From Camelus ferus (Eukaryota): a stretch of 64,000 nt of DNA. The stretch covers positions 8,248,001 through 8,312,000 of the forward strand of contig NC_045696.1 of the NCBI RefSeq assembly GCF_009834535.1, given 5' to 3'. Each line of letters starts with the position of its first letter. Position 1 is the first letter of the stretch. The notes under the pieces were generated by a model. It made no database searches. It saw only the letters and a program-made list of their open reading frames with translations, and was not told the DNA's origin. This document shows positions 62,453-64,000 of this stretch, one piece after another. The translations under genes were made by a program, and so were the position numbers.

Positions 62453-64000
62453 AAAGGACAACAAAATGGGCCTAATTCGTTAAGGCTTCTAGAGTGAAAG
62501 GAGAAACTGGGAGTAAAACTTGAGAAGAGCGCACTGGGGAAGTGGAGGAAGGCGAAGCTATTCCCCAGGCATAAAGTGAGAGCAGAATCTGGTGAATTAA
62601 AATGTAAGAAATCGAATCCAAAGTCTCATCAGAGGGAAGTTCCATCCTGGGCTGCCGCATCCCTGCGTCCTGTTTGTGTGTGTGTTTTGAGTGCCTGGAA
62701 TGAGACAGACTTGTTTCTGCCCCAGAGCAGTGGGGGGCCGGTCGGTGGTCGCTGCCCCCAGGGGTCTCCCGGGACCAGGCAGGTGGGGGCCGGGCCTTCT
62801 TCAGGGTCCCACCCGGTCCCTCTCCCAGCCTCCAGGTTCAGTTGGGTGCTTATACTTGGGGAGTCCACACTTTGCTCTCCTTAGCGTCTGCCCAGGGCGG
62901 TGTGCCTCCAGTTTCTCCACCAGAGTGGGGAACGCAGTCCCAGGGGGCCTAGCACTGGGGGCAGGTTCACTTGAAATGAACAGGTGCCCACCTCCTCAGT
63001 GGCCTGTGGGGAAACCAGTGCGACTGCAGGTGGCACAGCCAGCCGAGGAAGGGGAACCCTCGTCAGAGGCTCCCTGGATGTGCCTGTAGATTGAGCCGGA
63101 CCACAGACTCATGTCCTCAAGTTCACGGAACCCAGCTTTACTTTTATACATTCAAGGGGCGCCGGCCAAAATAGGCTTTGCATCCCAGCTCTGTCAGGTG
63201 GTGGGGCTGAGCGCTTTGGTTCCCGAGGGTGGGATGTTAGGACCGGACTCTGAGGGGCAGAGCGCGGGGTCAGCGCCCAGGACCCAGTTCCTCCCGCTCC
63301 CCTCCCTACATCTTCATACCCCAAGACCACACAGTTTGCACGTGGGATTCAGATGCACTTGTCTCTGTGTTTAGGAAGTGGGTGCTCAGTGAAGCCCCGG
63401 GGGAGCCCTTGGAGGCCGTGGCCCACCTGCCTCTCATTGTCTGAGGTCCGAGGGTCTCGGGGTGTGAGTCCTGGGCTTGACCTCCAGTGGCCCCTGTGGT
63501 CTTGCCTCTGAGAGTCTGCGCCTCCATCCACCAGCAGGCTGCCGGCCAGTCACTTCAAGGTGATCTGCTCTCCTTTAAAGTCCTTTGATATTTTGGCTAA
63601 AGCTGCTGTTCCATTAGAGACACCGACAGATTCAAGTAACAGCTGGGGGCCTTTGTTTACAACGCTCTCATCTCACATTTCTGGTTGGATTTCTTCTTGG
63701 AGACAATGTTCTATGAATCACCTTTGAAATGAGAATTTACCCGTTTAAGGACTATTCTCTTTGAATTGTCAGACTAAGAATAAACCTATCTCTCTGAAGT
63801 CCCAGTTCCACAGTCCTAGGCCCCCCACAGAGGTGGGGGTGCACCCCCCACACTCTGCTCTGGGGGCCGTGTTTTATTCTGTTTTTCCCCAAAGAATTGC
63901 AAGGAAGTTCTCACGTGCTTCTTTCCTCTGCCTCTGACTGCTGACCATCCCACGGTTACTTTGGTTCCCCACTTACAGCCAGCGCTGTGTCCCTGTGAGC

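Overview
Mammalian genomic DNA, most likely camelid (it contains a Vic-1-like tRNA-derived SINE). Positions ~3-19.5 kb hold nine coding exons of SETD4 on the + strand, with an intact frame and GT-AG introns; the first coding exon lies upstream of the window. A retroposed 5S rRNA pseudogene with a target-site duplication (TSD) sits in a SETD4 intron. An ERV solo LTR and an orphan CpG island with promoter-like motifs follow the gene. The rest is intergenic and dense in nested L1, MaLR/ERV LTR, hAT (MER3, MER5, MER58) and MIR elements. The most interesting signal is in the non-repeat sequence at ~38.8-64 kb: several minus-strand segments have splice-site-like ends, consistent phase-1 junctions and stop-poor, frameshifted frames. 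This suggests a large decayed multi-exon gene convergent with SETD4, which I could not identify. Repeat family names come from recalled consensus motifs and need RepeatMasker/Dfam confirmation.
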